From contig JBMNEZ010000001.1 in the NCBI GenBank assembly GCA_050949045.1, positions 960,001 to 1,024,000 of the forward strand: a stretch of 64,000 nt of DNA, in the 5' to 3' direction. How positions within the stretch are numbered: position 1 is the first letter of the stretch; each line of letters begins with the position of its first letter. The notes beneath the pieces were generated by a model. The model saw only the letters and a list, made by a program, of their open reading frames with translations, did no database searches and was not told the origin of the DNA. This DNA is from Candidatus Izemoplasmatales bacterium. Lineage in GTDB: Bacteria; Bacillota_I; Bacilli_A; Izemoplasmatales; Hujiaoplasmataceae. Below, piece by piece: positions 20,189-35,037 of the stretch. The translations under genes were made by a program, and so were the position numbers.

Positions 20189-20605
20189 ATGAAAAAAATA
20201 TTCTTGATCTTCACAAGCGTTCTTTTTATGTTTGCCTTAGCCGGCTGTGTCAAACTTGATACAATCAAAGAGCGTTTCTCCGATGCAGAGTACACATATG
20301 CTGGTAACACAAGTGTCCTCATCTCTTCTTTGATGACCGGTTTTGAAGAAGAAGGCATTTCCGTCACATCTCATGTATTTACGTCTGGTTTGAAAACTGC
20401 CATTGTGCTCGAGTTTGATTCGACCAAAGAAATGAAGGCGGAATTAAAAGAAAACAACACTCTGATGGGCCTCATTGAGGATTTGGAGAAAAGCAAGATT
20501 GTCCAAAGCAATTTTCTGTTGATTCCGATTGCTTTATCCGATACTGATATCCAACAGATGATCGATATTTTTAATGGGGATTATAAGCCGGCTGCCAAAA
20601 AATAA
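20189..20605 (+). CDS. Hypothetical lipoprotein
   Basis: MKK + hydrophobic stretch + LAGC lipobox; AGGAG RBS; followed by terminators. Confidence 0.8.
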   Translation: MKKIFLIFTSVLFMFALAGCVKLDTIKERFSDAEYTYAGNTSVLISSLMTGFEEEGISVTSHVFTSGLKTAIVLEFDSTKEMKAELKENNTLMGLIEDLEKSKIVQSNFLLIPIALSDTDIQQMIDIFNGDYKPAAKK

Positions 20606-20621
20606 TCTTTTCTGAAAACAC

Positions 20622-20696
20622 AGAAGGCCTTCCTAAAGAAGGTCTTTTTACTGCAGACAAAGTATTCGATTTTCCCAAATCGAATACTTTTTTATT
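20622..20696 (+). terminator. Tandem intrinsic terminators
   Basis: AGAAGGCCTTC..GAAGGTCTTTTT and AAAGTATTCGATTT..AAATCGAATACTTTTTT. Confidence 0.7.
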
Positions 20697-20764
20697 GAGT
20701 TTTTGCGAACTAGAGAAATCTCAAAAAACCAAAAATGGCAATGGAAAAATTGGTAAACATACAT

Positions 20765-20799
20765 AAAAAAAGCCTGTCTCGGATGTATGAGATAGGCTT
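20765..20799 (-). terminator. Terminator after gltX-tRNA-Glu
   Basis: AAGCCTATCTCA..CGAGACAGGCTTTTTTT on minus strand. Confidence 0.75.
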
Positions 20800-20812
20800 G
20801 ATTTAGAAAAAT

Positions 20813-20888
20813 TGGTAGCCCGTACGGGGTTCGAACCCGTGAATGCCGCCTTGAGAGGGCGGTGAGTTAACCGTTTCTCCAACGGGCC
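20813..20888 (-). tRNA. tRNA-Glu (anticodon CTC)
   Basis: GGCCCGT..CCGCC-CTCTCAA-GGCGG..GGTTCGAACC..ACGGGCT-ACCA cloverleaf with encoded CCA. Confidence 0.95.
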
Positions 20889-20900
20889 ATCAAAGTCAGC

Positions 20901-22553
20901 CTACAAAAGGCTGATGGTATGATTGATTCTATCAACTATTTTATCATATCCGAGAATTTTTAGCACATAATAAAAGTTAGGCGTGTTTATTCTTGCGGAC
21001 ACGGCAATCCTGATGATCTCCGCAAAATCCCCGATATGCCCGAGATAGCGTCCGGGTTGTTGTTTGTATTCTTTTACCCTTGGTGCGAAGCCGCAGGCTT
21101 CGCCTGTTGCTTTCAGTTTGGCGAACCAAGCCTCCTCGGATAGATCAAGCCCGGGATCGGCGAGATATGCTCGCAATACACGCACGATCTCATCTTTACT
21201 AAAGCGCTCGTTGAAAGGCCTTGACGTTTTGATTTCCTCATAGAAACACTCATCGAACATAAAGTTGATTATCGGATAGATATCCGCGTATTTTTCATAA
21301 TCCTTTCGGGGTTTGTCGCCGCCTCTTTCGATATTTAAGATTTTCTTGAAATAATTGAAGTCTTTTTTGATCAAGGACGCAAAGGCGGGATGATATTCTT
21401 TCGCCCAGCCGAGTGCCTTTGTCGATATTTCCTCAGCGCTCATCCTGCCAAGGCATTCTTTGCTGATTGACTTGACCTTTTCGAGATCGAACAGGCCGCC
21501 ATCGAGCGTCATTTTCTGAAAACTGAGATCAAAGGCAAAGATATCGCTTGCTTGATTAGCCAGCCGCCACTCCTCGAAGTTGGTGTTGGCCATTGTCATC
21601 AAGTACTCAAGAAAGCCCTCGATCGGATAGCCTTGTTCAAGGAAATAGCTGACGGAGGCTTCGGGATCTTTGCGTTTTGAAAGCTTTCGCCGCTTGCCGT
21701 CTTCAAGTTTCATGATCACCGGCAAGTGGGCATAGACCGGATGCGTCCAGCCGATACTTTCAAACAATTGCAAATGGACCGGCAGGGATGCCATCCATTC
21801 TTCTCCTCTTGTGATATGCGTGGGCCTCATGAAATGATCATCCACAAGATGGGCGAAATGATAGGTCGGCAAGCCGTCAGATTTCATAATTACGATGTCC
21901 TGGACATTTTCGGGAAAACTGATCTCGCCCCGGATCGCATCGATCACCGATACGCGTCTGGTCTCTTCTCCAGGAGATTTGAATCTGATGACATAGGGTT
22001 TGCCTGAACGAATGGCGTCAAACACAATCTGAGGCGATCGATTTCTACATTTGGCATATTCACCGTAATACCCCGGATTCGCCTTGATTCGTTCTTGCTC
22101 TTTGCGGATCTCATCAAGTTCCTCATGAGTGCAAAAACAAGGATAGGCGAGCCCCTGTTCGATCAGGTGTTTGATGACGATGTCATAGATCCATTTGCGT
22201 TCGCTTTGGATATACGACCCATAGTCGCCGCCTTGAGTGAAACTTTCATCGGGAATGATGCCAAAAACACCGAGTTCGTCCAACAACTGTTCTTTCGAGC
22301 CTTGGATTTCCCGTTTTTGGTCGGTATCCTCAAGCCTGACGAAAAACACTCCCTGAGACTGTTTCGCAAACCGCCAAGATATTAGTGATGCGAACAAGGA
22401 GCCGGTATGCAAAAAACCGGTCGGCGAAGGAGCGAACCGCGTCACCATGGCTCCTTTAGGGAGAATTCTCTGAGGAAATCTCTGTTCAAGATCAACGATC
22501 GTAAGATCGACATCGGGAAAAATCAACTGGGCAAGCTCTTTTTGACTGATCAT
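20901..22553 (-). CDS. gltX: Glutamate--tRNA ligase
   Basis: RFAPSPTG-HTGS, RLEDTD, TRGEEW, KLSKR; start placed at ATG 22553. Confidence 0.95.
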   Translation of the reverse strand: MISQKELAQLIFPDVDLTIVDLEQRFPQRILPKGAMVTRFAPSPTGFLHTGSLFASLISWRFAKQSQGVFFVRLEDTDQKREIQGSKEQLLDELGVFGIIPDESFTQGGDYGSYIQSERKWIYDIVIKHLIEQGLAYPCFCTHEELDEIRKEQERIKANPGYYGEYAKCRNRSPQIVFDAIRSGKPYVIRFKSPGEETRRVSVIDAIRGEISFPENVQDIVIMKSDGLPTYHFAHLVDDHFMRPTHITRGEEWMASLPVHLQLFESIGWTHPVYAHLPVIMKLEDGKRRKLSKRKDPEASVSYFLEQGYPIEGFLEYLMTMANTNFEEWRLANQASDIFAFDLSFQKMTLDGGLFDLEKVKSISKECLGRMSAEEISTKALGWAKEYHPAFASLIKKDFNYFKKILNIERGGDKPRKDYEKYADIYPIINFMFDECFYEEIKTSRPFNERFSKDEIVRVLRAYLADPGLDLSEEAWFAKLKATGEACGFAPRVKEYKQQPGRYLGHIGDFAEIIRIAVSARINTPNFYYVLKILGYDKIVDRINHTISLL

Positions 22554-22751
22554 GAAAATCCCAACTTTCTCTATGCAATATTCTACCACAACAATCGCAA
22601 TAATACTATTCTATAAATCGCGTGCAAGTTCTATAGATAAGCAGAAAATCTTCGACGCACGATGACATACTTAATAAACTCCTGCTTGTTTTCCAAAAGC
22701 ATTGTCTTTTTGTTGGCGATAGAGATGTTCGCTTCTTCAATTGCGAGAGAA

Positions 22752-23402
22752 TCAATCCTGTTTGTATTCCGCCTTTATGAGCGGGACAAAACGGCAGGCA
22801 CAAAGATTTGTCTTTGACAGTTTTCCTTCTTGTTTTTGAACCAATAACAACTCTTGAAAAAGAGTCCCGCCGCAAGGTATGACCATTAACCCGCCTTCTT
22901 TGAGTTGAGTGAGCAGTTCTTCAGGGATCTCACTCGTCGCCGCAGTCACGATGATCTTGTCAAAACAAGCATGTTCCTTCCAACCAACGCTTCCATCGCC
23001 AATCCTATAGGTGACATTGTCGATTCCAAGCCCTTCAAGCACCTCTTGGGCTCGCGTTTGCAATAAGGAAATTCTTTCGATGGTATAAACATGCTTACAA
23101 AGCAACGCGAGGATGGCCGTTTGGTATCCCGACCCCGTCCCGACCTCAAGGATGACATCTTCCGGAGTGATCGCCAAGGCTTCGGTCATCAAAGCCACGA
23201 TATAAGGTTGGGAAATGGTCTGCCCGATGCCAATCGACACCGGACTGTCCTCATATGCCCAGCCTTCATACCCCTTTGGCACAAACAACTCTCTCGGTAC
23301 TTTGAGAAAAGCATCGAGCACCTTGTCGGAGCTGATGTTTCTTCTTTTTAACTGATTATCCACCATCTGTCTTCTCATCTCGATGAAAGCTTTTTCCCTC
23401 AT
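22752..23402 (-). CDS. pcm: Protein-L-isoaspartate O-methyltransferase
   Basis: VPRELF, QTISQP, LEVGTGSGYQ, IIVTAA, FVPLI. Confidence 0.92.
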   Translation of the reverse strand: MREKAFIEMRRQMVDNQLKRRNISSDKVLDAFLKVPRELFVPKGYEGWAYEDSPVSIGIGQTISQPYIVALMTEALAITPEDVILEVGTGSGYQTAILALLCKHVYTIERISLLQTRAQEVLEGLGIDNVTYRIGDGSVGWKEHACFDKIIVTAATSEIPEELLTQLKEGGLMVIPCGGTLFQELLLVQKQEGKLSKTNLCACRFVPLIKAEYKQD

Positions 23403-23485
23403 ATCGCCACCGCCAATCATTCATCTATATAGTTTATTATACAATTTGTGCCGGAAAATAAAAAGACAACCCTTTGGCTGTCTTC

Positions 23486-25585
23486 TCAAAAATCGGGATC
23501 GGGCACGAACACCAAAATATACTCCGTTGATAAAGAGCTTTCTACATATCCGGCCGCTTCGCAGCGATTCCTGATGGCATTTTGATTGTCTTCCCTAGTG
23601 TCAATGATAATGTAATCAAACACTTCGTCGGATGTCAGAATATTATAGTAAGTATAATCATAGAGAACTTCCCGATCGGCGAGATGGGCGGTCAGATAAC
23701 CGGTCGCGACGATTTTTGTGTCATCGGGAATCGAAGCTAGCGTTTGCCTCATCGAAATGAATCTTTCCGGATTCTCCTGATAAATTTTATAGCCATAGGC
23801 GGAACCGATGATGTACTTCGTTCCGAAAGTTACGGCCAGCGCCGCGCCGATGATTCCTAAAACCGCCATTGGCCTAATCTTTCCGAAAAGAGGCGGGAAT
23901 ATTTGTTGTTCGCGACTTGCGCTTTCAGCGAGTACCGCCATAAACAAAAGCAAGGCTCCGGTACCATAAAAATATTGAAACCCGAGTTCGTGCTGATAGA
24001 CATATGTGCTGGCGAGATTCATGATGATGACAGGCGCCGCCAACAAGAAAACGCTCAGATTGCGCTGAAACAAGGGCAGAAAGCCGACTGTCGCAAGCAA
24101 AGTCAGGATCAGTTTGATCTTGGGCGGTGAAAAGAACGTCGCAAAGAAATAAGAAGGGTTTTGGAACGCACTGATAATGATTCCCAACAAACCGAAATCC
24201 TTGTAGCCGTTGATATTGTCATATCGCCAGAACATCGCTCCCGCTCCGCTTGAATCAATGCGCTTTGTCACCAAGATAAAGTACACAACAGACGCTGCCG
24301 CGATCACGGTTCCATGAATAGCGTTCACGATCTTCGCTTTTACCGGTTTCTTTGAGATGAGATCACAAAAGATAAAATAGAGACCTATAAAAAAGGTATA
24401 CAGCCCCGAATCTTCCTTGACCATCAAGGTGAGCGCGGTGAAAACAAACAGCCAGAACGTCTTCCTCTTGATGCCAAAATAGATGACAAAAAGCAAAAGC
24501 GGCGCCAAAAAGCAATTCTCGTGCAAGTCATACATGCTGCTGGTGATGATCGCTGGACTGGCAATATACATGATTTGGATCAGCATCCGCATCAGTTTCC
24601 CGGTTTTGAGTTCCCTCATGATCAACGTCAAAGGGATCACTCCCGCTGCGGCGATCAAAACCTGGAGCACTTGCAAGGTCTCCGGTTCCGGAAAAGCCAT
24701 AAACGCCGGCAACATCAACCAATAGATGGGCGAAAAGTGGACATCGAGATGGCTGATCGCAACACTTCTTTCCAAGGTCGTTACCATTGTCCGCATATTC
24801 TTCATGCTGTAGAACATCTGGGTGAAAATCCCAAAATCGTACGTTGAGGCGATCATGCTCTTGACCCGGTAAGCCATGAATACCGAAAAGACAGTAACCT
24901 GCACTATTAATAGGATTCCGGGAATAACCCATGAAGCGATCAAAAAGCCGGACCGGATCTTCTTGTTCTCAAACCTCAAAAACACCAATCCCAGAAACAC
25001 CGCCAAAGCCGCGAGAGCGATGTACATGCCGATTTTCCAGATCTCTTCGATATCAGCGGAGAAAATCGGAGCGTCGCTGATCTTTGACCCATTATAGCCA
25101 AGATAAGGCTGATACGCTTGTCCGCCCTTTATGAAGATCCACACAAACAACGATAGAAACAACAAACCGATTCCAGCAACCATAAAATAATGGACGATTT
25201 TTTTTGCTTTGGTCGCCTCGCCGTCTTTGACAAAAAGCGAAATCAAGGCTGAATACGCGGCCGGCAGCGAGAAAATGAACGCTCCGATTGAAAGCGACTG
25301 AACCGGCGCCATGAAGGAAAACACCATCAGAAACACCATGAATGCTAGGCTCGTCGAGACGGTCATCATAGCCCCCCCGACCCTTAGTTGTATAAAAAAC
25401 ATGCCCGCCGCAAGCGCGATGAAACCCGGAATCAAATGTTTCAGTTCACTGAAACCGATCATTCGAAGATCATAGAAATTGCGTGACTCGGGAAAGACCA
25501 GCAGTGAAATCGCGCCAATTGCAAAAAAGGCGATGATGAGTGAACTCGCCAGATTGATGACGTAATGCTGGATGCTGACCTTCAT
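23486..25585 (-). CDS. DUF2079-like polytopic membrane protein (putative GT-C-type glycosyltransferase)
   Basis: YDFGIFTQ, SHLDVHFSPI, YDLHE, VKED motifs; many TM segments. Confidence 0.75.
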   Translation of the reverse strand: MKVSIQHYVINLASSLIIAFFAIGAISLLVFPESRNFYDLRMIGFSELKHLIPGFIALAAGMFFIQLRVGGAMMTVSTSLAFMVFLMVFSFMAPVQSLSIGAFIFSLPAAYSALISLFVKDGEATKAKKIVHYFMVAGIGLLFLSLFVWIFIKGGQAYQPYLGYNGSKISDAPIFSADIEEIWKIGMYIALAALAVFLGLVFLRFENKKIRSGFLIASWVIPGILLIVQVTVFSVFMAYRVKSMIASTYDFGIFTQMFYSMKNMRTMVTTLERSVAISHLDVHFSPIYWLMLPAFMAFPEPETLQVLQVLIAAAGVIPLTLIMRELKTGKLMRMLIQIMYIASPAIITSSMYDLHENCFLAPLLLFVIYFGIKRKTFWLFVFTALTLMVKEDSGLYTFFIGLYFIFCDLISKKPVKAKIVNAIHGTVIAAASVVYFILVTKRIDSSGAGAMFWRYDNINGYKDFGLLGIIISAFQNPSYFFATFFSPPKIKLILTLLATVGFLPLFQRNLSVFLLAAPVIIMNLASTYVYQHELGFQYFYGTGALLLFMAVLAESASREQQIFPPLFGKIRPMAVLGIIGAALAVTFGTKYIIGSAYGYKIYQENPERFISMRQTLASIPDDTKIVATGYLTAHLADREVLYDYTYYNILTSDEVFDYIIIDTREDNQNAIRNRCEAAGYVESSLSTEYILVFVPDPDF

Positions 25586-25810
25586 TTCGACCTCTTCTGG
25601 AATCTGAAATCTTTGGTTTTAAACAGTTTGATTATATCATCATTATAACCATTTGACAATTTTAAAGATGCCAATGTAAGATGAATGCCCAATCATTAAA
25701 ACATAGCGACTGCCAAAACAAAAATTATGGTGCCTATCGCCGGCCCTTCATTGACTGAAACGGCGGATTATGCTAATATTTAAGCGACATGATTATCTAG
25801 GCGGTGCCAT

Positions 25811-27085
25811 ATGTCCAAATCCCCCTATGAAACCGAATATCTGAAAATAATCAAGGAAGAACTCGTTCCCGCTCTTGGCTGTACCGAGCCGATAGCGGTT
25901 GCCTTCGCAGCCGCCAAATGCCGGGAATTGCTTGGATGCCTGCCGGACAAAGTGATCCTTGCCTGTAACGGCGGCCTAATCAAAAACATCAGTTGCGTCG
26001 TCGTTCCCAATACCGGGAACCTTGTCGGCATCGAAGCGAGCGCCCTTGCCGGAATCGTCGGTGGCGATTCCGAACTCGGCCTTGAAGTCCTGACAACATT
26101 GGCGCCTCACCATCTTCCCGAAATCAAAAGACTGCTTAAAGCATCTATATGTGAAGTCAGGCTTCTGGATACATCGCTAGCCCTTCATTTTACCGTCATG
26201 TGCCAAAAAAGCGATCAAAGCGCCGAAGTTGAAATCAAGAATCTACATACCAATATCACCACTATGAAAAAGAACGGAAAAGTCATCTTCAAAGCGAAAG
26301 AGGAAGAAGGAAAATACTATGGCGTCATGACAAATCGCAATATCCTGAGAGTGGACAAGATCATTGAGTTCGCCGAGTTGACCCCCATTTCGATTCTCAA
26401 AGACGTCTTCAGCGCTCAGGTCGAATATAATATGCAGGTCGCCACAGACGGCATCGAAAACGATTACGGTGTTTCAATAGGCAAGGCAATTTTGGAAAAC
26501 GACAAATCCCTTTTCGGAAAAATCAAAGCTTACAGCGCCGCCGCATCCGAGGCCAGAATGTGCGGTTCAATCTTGCCCGTCATCACCAACTCCGGTTCGG
26601 GAAACCAAGGCATAGCCGCGAGCGTTCCCGTCATCCTCTACGCAAGGGAAAAGGGCTTCCCTGAGGAAAAGATGTTCCGGGCGCTGGCAGTATCGAATCT
26701 TTTAACCATCTACCAAAAAAGCCACATCGGGAGACTATCTGCTTTTTGCGGAGCCGTCAGCGCCGCCTGCGGCGCCGGCGCAGCCATCACCTACCTTGAG
26801 GGTGGCGATATTGAGCAGATCAAGATGACCATCACCAACGCGCTCGCCAATGTCTCGGGGATCGTCTGCGATGGTGCCAAAAACTCTTGTTCATCAAAAA
26901 TCGCTTCCGGCCTTGAAGCCGCCTTCATTGGCCATTTTCTGGCAATGCGAAGACAATCGTTCAATCCCTTCTCGGGCGTCTTGAGAAAAGACGCCGATGA
27001 CACGATCTCTGCCGTTGGCAGGATCGCGACCGACGGCATGAAAGACACCGATAGGGTAATCCTCGAAATCATGTTGGAGAAATAA
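25811..27085 (+). CDS. UPF0597/YhaM-like serine dehydratase alpha family (putative Fe-S cysteine desulfidase)
   Basis: PALGCTEP, ARMCG, NSGSGNQG, GRLSAFCG, GIVCDGAK; TTGACT-17-TAATAT upstream. Confidence 0.85.
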   Translation: MSKSPYETEYLKIIKEELVPALGCTEPIAVAFAAAKCRELLGCLPDKVILACNGGLIKNISCVVVPNTGNLVGIEASALAGIVGGDSELGLEVLTTLAPHHLPEIKRLLKASICEVRLLDTSLALHFTVMCQKSDQSAEVEIKNLHTNITTMKKNGKVIFKAKEEEGKYYGVMTNRNILRVDKIIEFAELTPISILKDVFSAQVEYNMQVATDGIENDYGVSIGKAILENDKSLFGKIKAYSAAASEARMCGSILPVITNSGSGNQGIAASVPVILYAREKGFPEEKMFRALAVSNLLTIYQKSHIGRLSAFCGAVSAACGAGAAITYLEGGDIEQIKMTITNALANVSGIVCDGAKNSCSSKIASGLEAAFIGHFLAMRRQSFNPFSGVLRKDADDTISAVGRIATDGMKDTDRVILEIMLEK

Positions 27086-27122
27086 AAACAAAAACCGTGG
27101 AACTGATCCACGGTTTTTGTTT
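27086..27122. terminator. Bidirectional terminator
   Basis: AAACAAAAACCGTGGA-ACTGA-TCCACGGTTTTTGTTT inverted repeat between convergent units. Confidence 0.85.
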
Positions 27123-27203
27123 ACACGAGTTTGCTACGCAAGTGATTCAAACATCATAAAAAAAGACCCATTCCTTAGGGGAACAGTTCTTCGCATGGGC
27201 CAA

Positions 27204-27279
27204 TGGTGACCTGTACGGGATTCGAACCCGTGAATGCATGCGTGAAAGGCATGTGAGTTAACCATTTCTCCAACAGGCC
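27204..27279 (-). tRNA. tRNA-Glu (anticodon TTC)
   Basis: GGCCTGT..CATGC-CTTTCAC-GCATG..GGTTCGAATCC..ACAGGTC-ACCA. Confidence 0.95.
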
Positions 27280-27282
27280 GGG

Positions 27283-27359
27283 TGGCGCCCCAACTAGGAC
27301 TTGAACCTAGGACCCCATGATTAACAGTCATGTGCTCTAACCAACTGAGCTATTGAGGC
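27283..27359 (-). tRNA. tRNA-Asn (anticodon GTT)
   Basis: GCCTCAATAGCTCAG..CATGA-CTGTTAA-TCATG..GGTTCAAGTCC..GCCA. Confidence 0.95.
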
Positions 27360-27376
27360 TATAAAATAAGAAAGCG

Positions 27377-27487
27377 GTCCGGCAGCGTCCTACTCTTGCA
27401 CTTAGGTACTACCATCGGCGCTGAAGTGCTTAACTGCTGTGTTCGGGATGGGAACAGGTGTGTCCACTTCGCCATCGTCACCGGACC
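27377..27487 (-). rRNA. rrf: 5S rRNA (ends approximate)
   Basis: CCTGTTCCCATCCCGAACACAGCAGTTAAG, GCCGATGGTAGT, GAGTAGGACGCTGCC. Confidence 0.95.
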
Positions 27488-27531
27488 ATCTTTCAAAACT
27501 GGATATACTGCATTGCGTTGATCGCGTGCAA

Positions 27532-30371
<2,840 letters not shown>

Positions 30372-30517
30372 TGCTGCAGTATTATCCACTTTTCAAAGAC
30401 CTTCTTACTTCATCAGAAAAACTTGTCCGTAAACAAGTCTCTCAAAACCGAACAGATCGACAATAGCTCCGCTGAGCTTCCCCCTCAGCTTGTTTTCTTC
30501 CTATCGGATTTCTCCCT

Positions 30518-32052
<1,535 letters not shown>

Positions 32053-32168
32053 TTATCTGAATTGTTTGTTCTTTCTCAATATGTTGTCCTTTTTATTCGT
32101 CTATCGTCTATCTGTTCAGTTTTCAAAGACCTGTTTCCCTTGCCCTGCGATTTCTCGCGTGCCTAATC

Positions 32169-32197
32169 ATTCTATCATACCCCTATATCAAAGTCAA
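32169..32197 (-). promoter_or_regulatory. rrn promoter
   Basis: TTGACT-17 bp-TAGAAT with extended TG upstream of the 16S leader. Confidence 0.8.
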
Positions 32198-32305
32198 CAA
32201 TAATTTACCGTGATAATGACAAAAAAAGCAAGTTCAAAGCAATTGAAAATTCCGGTTTTTGTCATAAAAATGCCGGATCATGAAGACCCGGCCGAAAAGC
32301 TTTGT

Positions 32306-33865
32306 CTAACTCAATCCAAACAAGCGGAGAATATCGTTATAAGTTATGAAAATGAGTAGACCCATCAGCAAAAAGAAGACGATCATGTGCAGCGCATTTT
32401 CAAATTTTTGATTGGGTTTCTTCTTTGTGATCGCCTCATAAGCGATGAAAACGATCCGTCCCCCGTCAAGCGCCGGTATCGGCAAGAGATTGATGATACC
32501 CAGATTGACGCTCAGGAAACCGATCCAGTTCAACAGCGTCAGGAGCCCCTGGCTGGCGGCGGTCGAAGTGATCGTGTAGATGCCGATGAAACCGGACAGG
32601 TCGCTGACTCCGATCTGTTTGCTGGAGAACAACAAGCCGAGCGTCTTGTATATGGATATGGAACTGGAGGCAAAACTCGAAAGCGCCCCCTTCAGCGAGC
32701 CCAACAAACTGAATTTTGACGAGCCGACGATACCGATCCTCGAGACGAACAACTCATAGCCTTGTGAAGAAAGGACATCTTCGCCATAGGCCATGAACTT
32801 ATATTCACGAAGTTCTCCGTCCCGTTCGTAAACCAAGACTGTGGGATCGTCCTTGGTCGATCCGGTGACATAAGCCTTTTGAAAAGCGATCAGGTCGTTC
32901 CAGTTTTCAAAGGTTTCACCATCGATCGAAATGATCCGGTCGCCCGTCCGCAGTTCGGTCTTGTCTTCATCCGCACTTGCGATGTAAATAAGCAGTTCCT
33001 CAGTGCCTGGAAGACTGGCAAAGTTCAAACTGATAAAGTAGTACTGCGGATAGATCGGATCGAGCGTGATCTCAATTTGATTCCGTTCAACGACGAAAAT
33101 AAACGGCTCGGCGTTATCGTATTTTGCGAGTTCGCTCCTGACCGAAGGCTTGTTATCATCGATAGCCCAAGAGGAGACAAGAACGCCGTTGATCGAGATG
33201 ATCTTGTCGCCGGGAAGGATGATCTCAGCTGCCGGAGAACCGGGAGAAACCTCACTGATGACGGTCGATTTGTCATCGGCGACGCCGCCGATCATGAACA
33301 TTAACAAAAACACGAAGATGGCGAGCACAAAATTCATCATCGGACCGGCAAAGGCAACCAGAAAACGTTGCCACTTGATTTTGGAGCCAAAGAGCCGGTC
33401 ATAAGGCGCAATCTGGATCACTCTCTTGTCAAAAACATAGAAAGCGTCGCGCTTGACGATATAATCGTTGATATAAAGATCATCGCCGCTTTCGCCTTTG
33501 AGATCGATCTTTTCAACTGTGATTTCGATAAAATCATCGTAAGCAGGATTGTTCGAATTGAGAACGATACGCTTGACTTGTCCGTCGGTGTCAAGCCCTA
33601 AGCGGACCTTCTGGCCGATCTTGATCAGTTCGGCCTCGACTTCCTCGCCGGCCATGGCGACAAAACCGCCAAACGGGATCGCTCTGATCGAGAATGTCGT
33701 TTCCCCTTTCTTGCGGCTCCAAAGCTTCGGCCCCATGCCAAAAGAAAACTCATGGCAGAGAATCTTAGCCTTTTTGGCGAAAACAAAGTGCCCGAGCTCA
33801 TGAATGCAGATAACGATGCTTAATACCAACAAAAACAAAAGGATGTTCAAAATAACCATTGTCAT
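32306..33865 (-). CDS. rseP: RIP metalloprotease RseP with PDZ domains
   Basis: HELGH, FAGPMMN, NLLPIPALDGG; conserved position after dxr. Confidence 0.93.
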   Translation of the reverse strand: MTMVILNILLFLLVLSIVICIHELGHFVFAKKAKILCHEFSFGMGPKLWSRKKGETTFSIRAIPFGGFVAMAGEEVEAELIKIGQKVRLGLDTDGQVKRIVLNSNNPAYDDFIEITVEKIDLKGESGDDLYINDYIVKRDAFYVFDKRVIQIAPYDRLFGSKIKWQRFLVAFAGPMMNFVLAIFVFLLMFMIGGVADDKSTVISEVSPGSPAAEIILPGDKIISINGVLVSSWAIDDNKPSVRSELAKYDNAEPFIFVVERNQIEITLDPIYPQYYFISLNFASLPGTEELLIYIASADEDKTELRTGDRIISIDGETFENWNDLIAFQKAYVTGSTKDDPTVLVYERDGELREYKFMAYGEDVLSSQGYELFVSRIGIVGSSKFSLLGSLKGALSSFASSSISIYKTLGLLFSSKQIGVSDLSGFIGIYTITSTAASQGLLTLLNWIGFLSVNLGIINLLPIPALDGGRIVFIAYEAITKKKPNQKFENALHMIVFFLLMGLLIFITYNDILRLFGLS

Positions 33866-35028
33866 TCTCCCTGATTGTCTCGATACCGACTGTAGATCGC
33901 CTGTTTGATGGTCTTATCGGTATTCAGAATGTCGTTGATTGAAGGATTATGGACCGGCAGGTGCCGATTAAGGCTCTCGGTGATGATCGACTCGATGTCG
34001 AGAAAACCGATCTTGCCTTTAAAAAACAAATCGACGGCAGCCTCATTGGCTGAATTAAGGGCGCAAAGAGCACTCCCCCCTGTTTTGATCGCTTGTTCGA
34101 CCACTTTTAATAGCGGGTAACGCTCATGGTCGAGTTCGGCGAAACTGAGTTTGCCTAACGAGGCGAGGTCGAGTCTGGGAATCGGAGTTTTTTGGCGTTC
34201 GGGGTAGAAGAGAGCATAACTGATCGGCAACCGCATATCGTGGCTCGATAGTTGCGCCTTGATCGAGCCGTCGACGAATTCGACCAATGCATGGACAAGG
34301 CTTTCCTGATGTAGGATCGTCTCGATTTTTTCCAAAGAGAGATCGAAAAGATACATGGCTTCGATAATTTCAAAACCTTTGTTCATCATCGTTGCGGAAT
34401 CGATCGTGATCTTGGCGCCCATTTCCCAGTTTGGATGTCTCAAGGCTTCTTCCTTCGTCACATGGGCAAGCTCGCTCCGCTTGTAATCGCGGAAAGCGCC
34501 GCCACTGGCGGTCAAATAAACCTTTTGAACGCTCCTTGGATCCTCGCCCTGAAGCAGTTGCCAAAGGCCGGAATGCTCGGAATCGATCGGGAACAGTTTT
34601 GTCTGTTTCTTGTTCAAAAGTTCTTTGATGATAGCCCCGCCAACAACCAGTGATTCCTTGTTCGCAAGCGCGACGTTGCGCCCGGCCTCAATCGCACGAA
34701 TCGTCGGAATCAAGCCGAGAATGCCGACCAGCGCATTGACAACCAGAGGTTCCGGAACATTAGGCCCATAGGTGGCGGCCCTGACCAAGCCCTGGTTGCC
34801 GTGCCCAACGATCAGATCGGGAAATAATCCCTGCACTCTCTCGGCATCTTTTTCGCTATCCACAGCGACGACTTTTGGCTTAAAATATTCAATTTGTTCG
34901 ATCAACAAATCGATATTGCGACCGCAGGCAAGCGAGACAACCGCAAATTTTTCAGGGTTCAGCTTGACGATTTCGAGCGTCTGCCGGCCAATCGATCCGG
35001 TCGATCCCAGCACAAAGAGATTTTTCAT
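33862..35028 (-). CDS. dxr: 1-deoxy-D-xylulose-5-phosphate reductoisomerase
   Basis: LGSTGSIG, LANKESLV, PIDSEH, TASGGAF, HPNWEMGAKITIDSATMMNKG. Confidence 0.96.
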   Translation of the reverse strand: MKNLFVLGSTGSIGRQTLEIVKLNPEKFAVVSLACGRNIDLLIEQIEYFKPKVVAVDSEKDAERVQGLFPDLIVGHGNQGLVRAATYGPNVPEPLVVNALVGILGLIPTIRAIEAGRNVALANKESLVVGGAIIKELLNKKQTKLFPIDSEHSGLWQLLQGEDPRSVQKVYLTASGGAFRDYKRSELAHVTKEEALRHPNWEMGAKITIDSATMMNKGFEIIEAMYLFDLSLEKIETILHQESLVHALVEFVDGSIKAQLSSHDMRLPISYALFYPERQKTPIPRLDLASLGKLSFAELDHERYPLLKVVEQAIKTGGSALCALNSANEAAVDLFFKGKIGFLDIESIITESLNRHLPVHNPSINDILNTDKTIKQAIYSRYRDNQGE

Positions 35029-35037
35029 TCAATCCAC

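Noticed and set aside
22554..22751. T-box upstream of gltX; short protein-like frame (DSLAIEEANISIANKK...)
   Set aside because: No T-box consensus or terminator; the frame has no start and cannot be assigned
20813..27279. The two tRNA-Glu genes as att sites of an integrated element
   Set aside because: Both are complete isoacceptors with different anticodons, and they flank gltX and other ordinary genes
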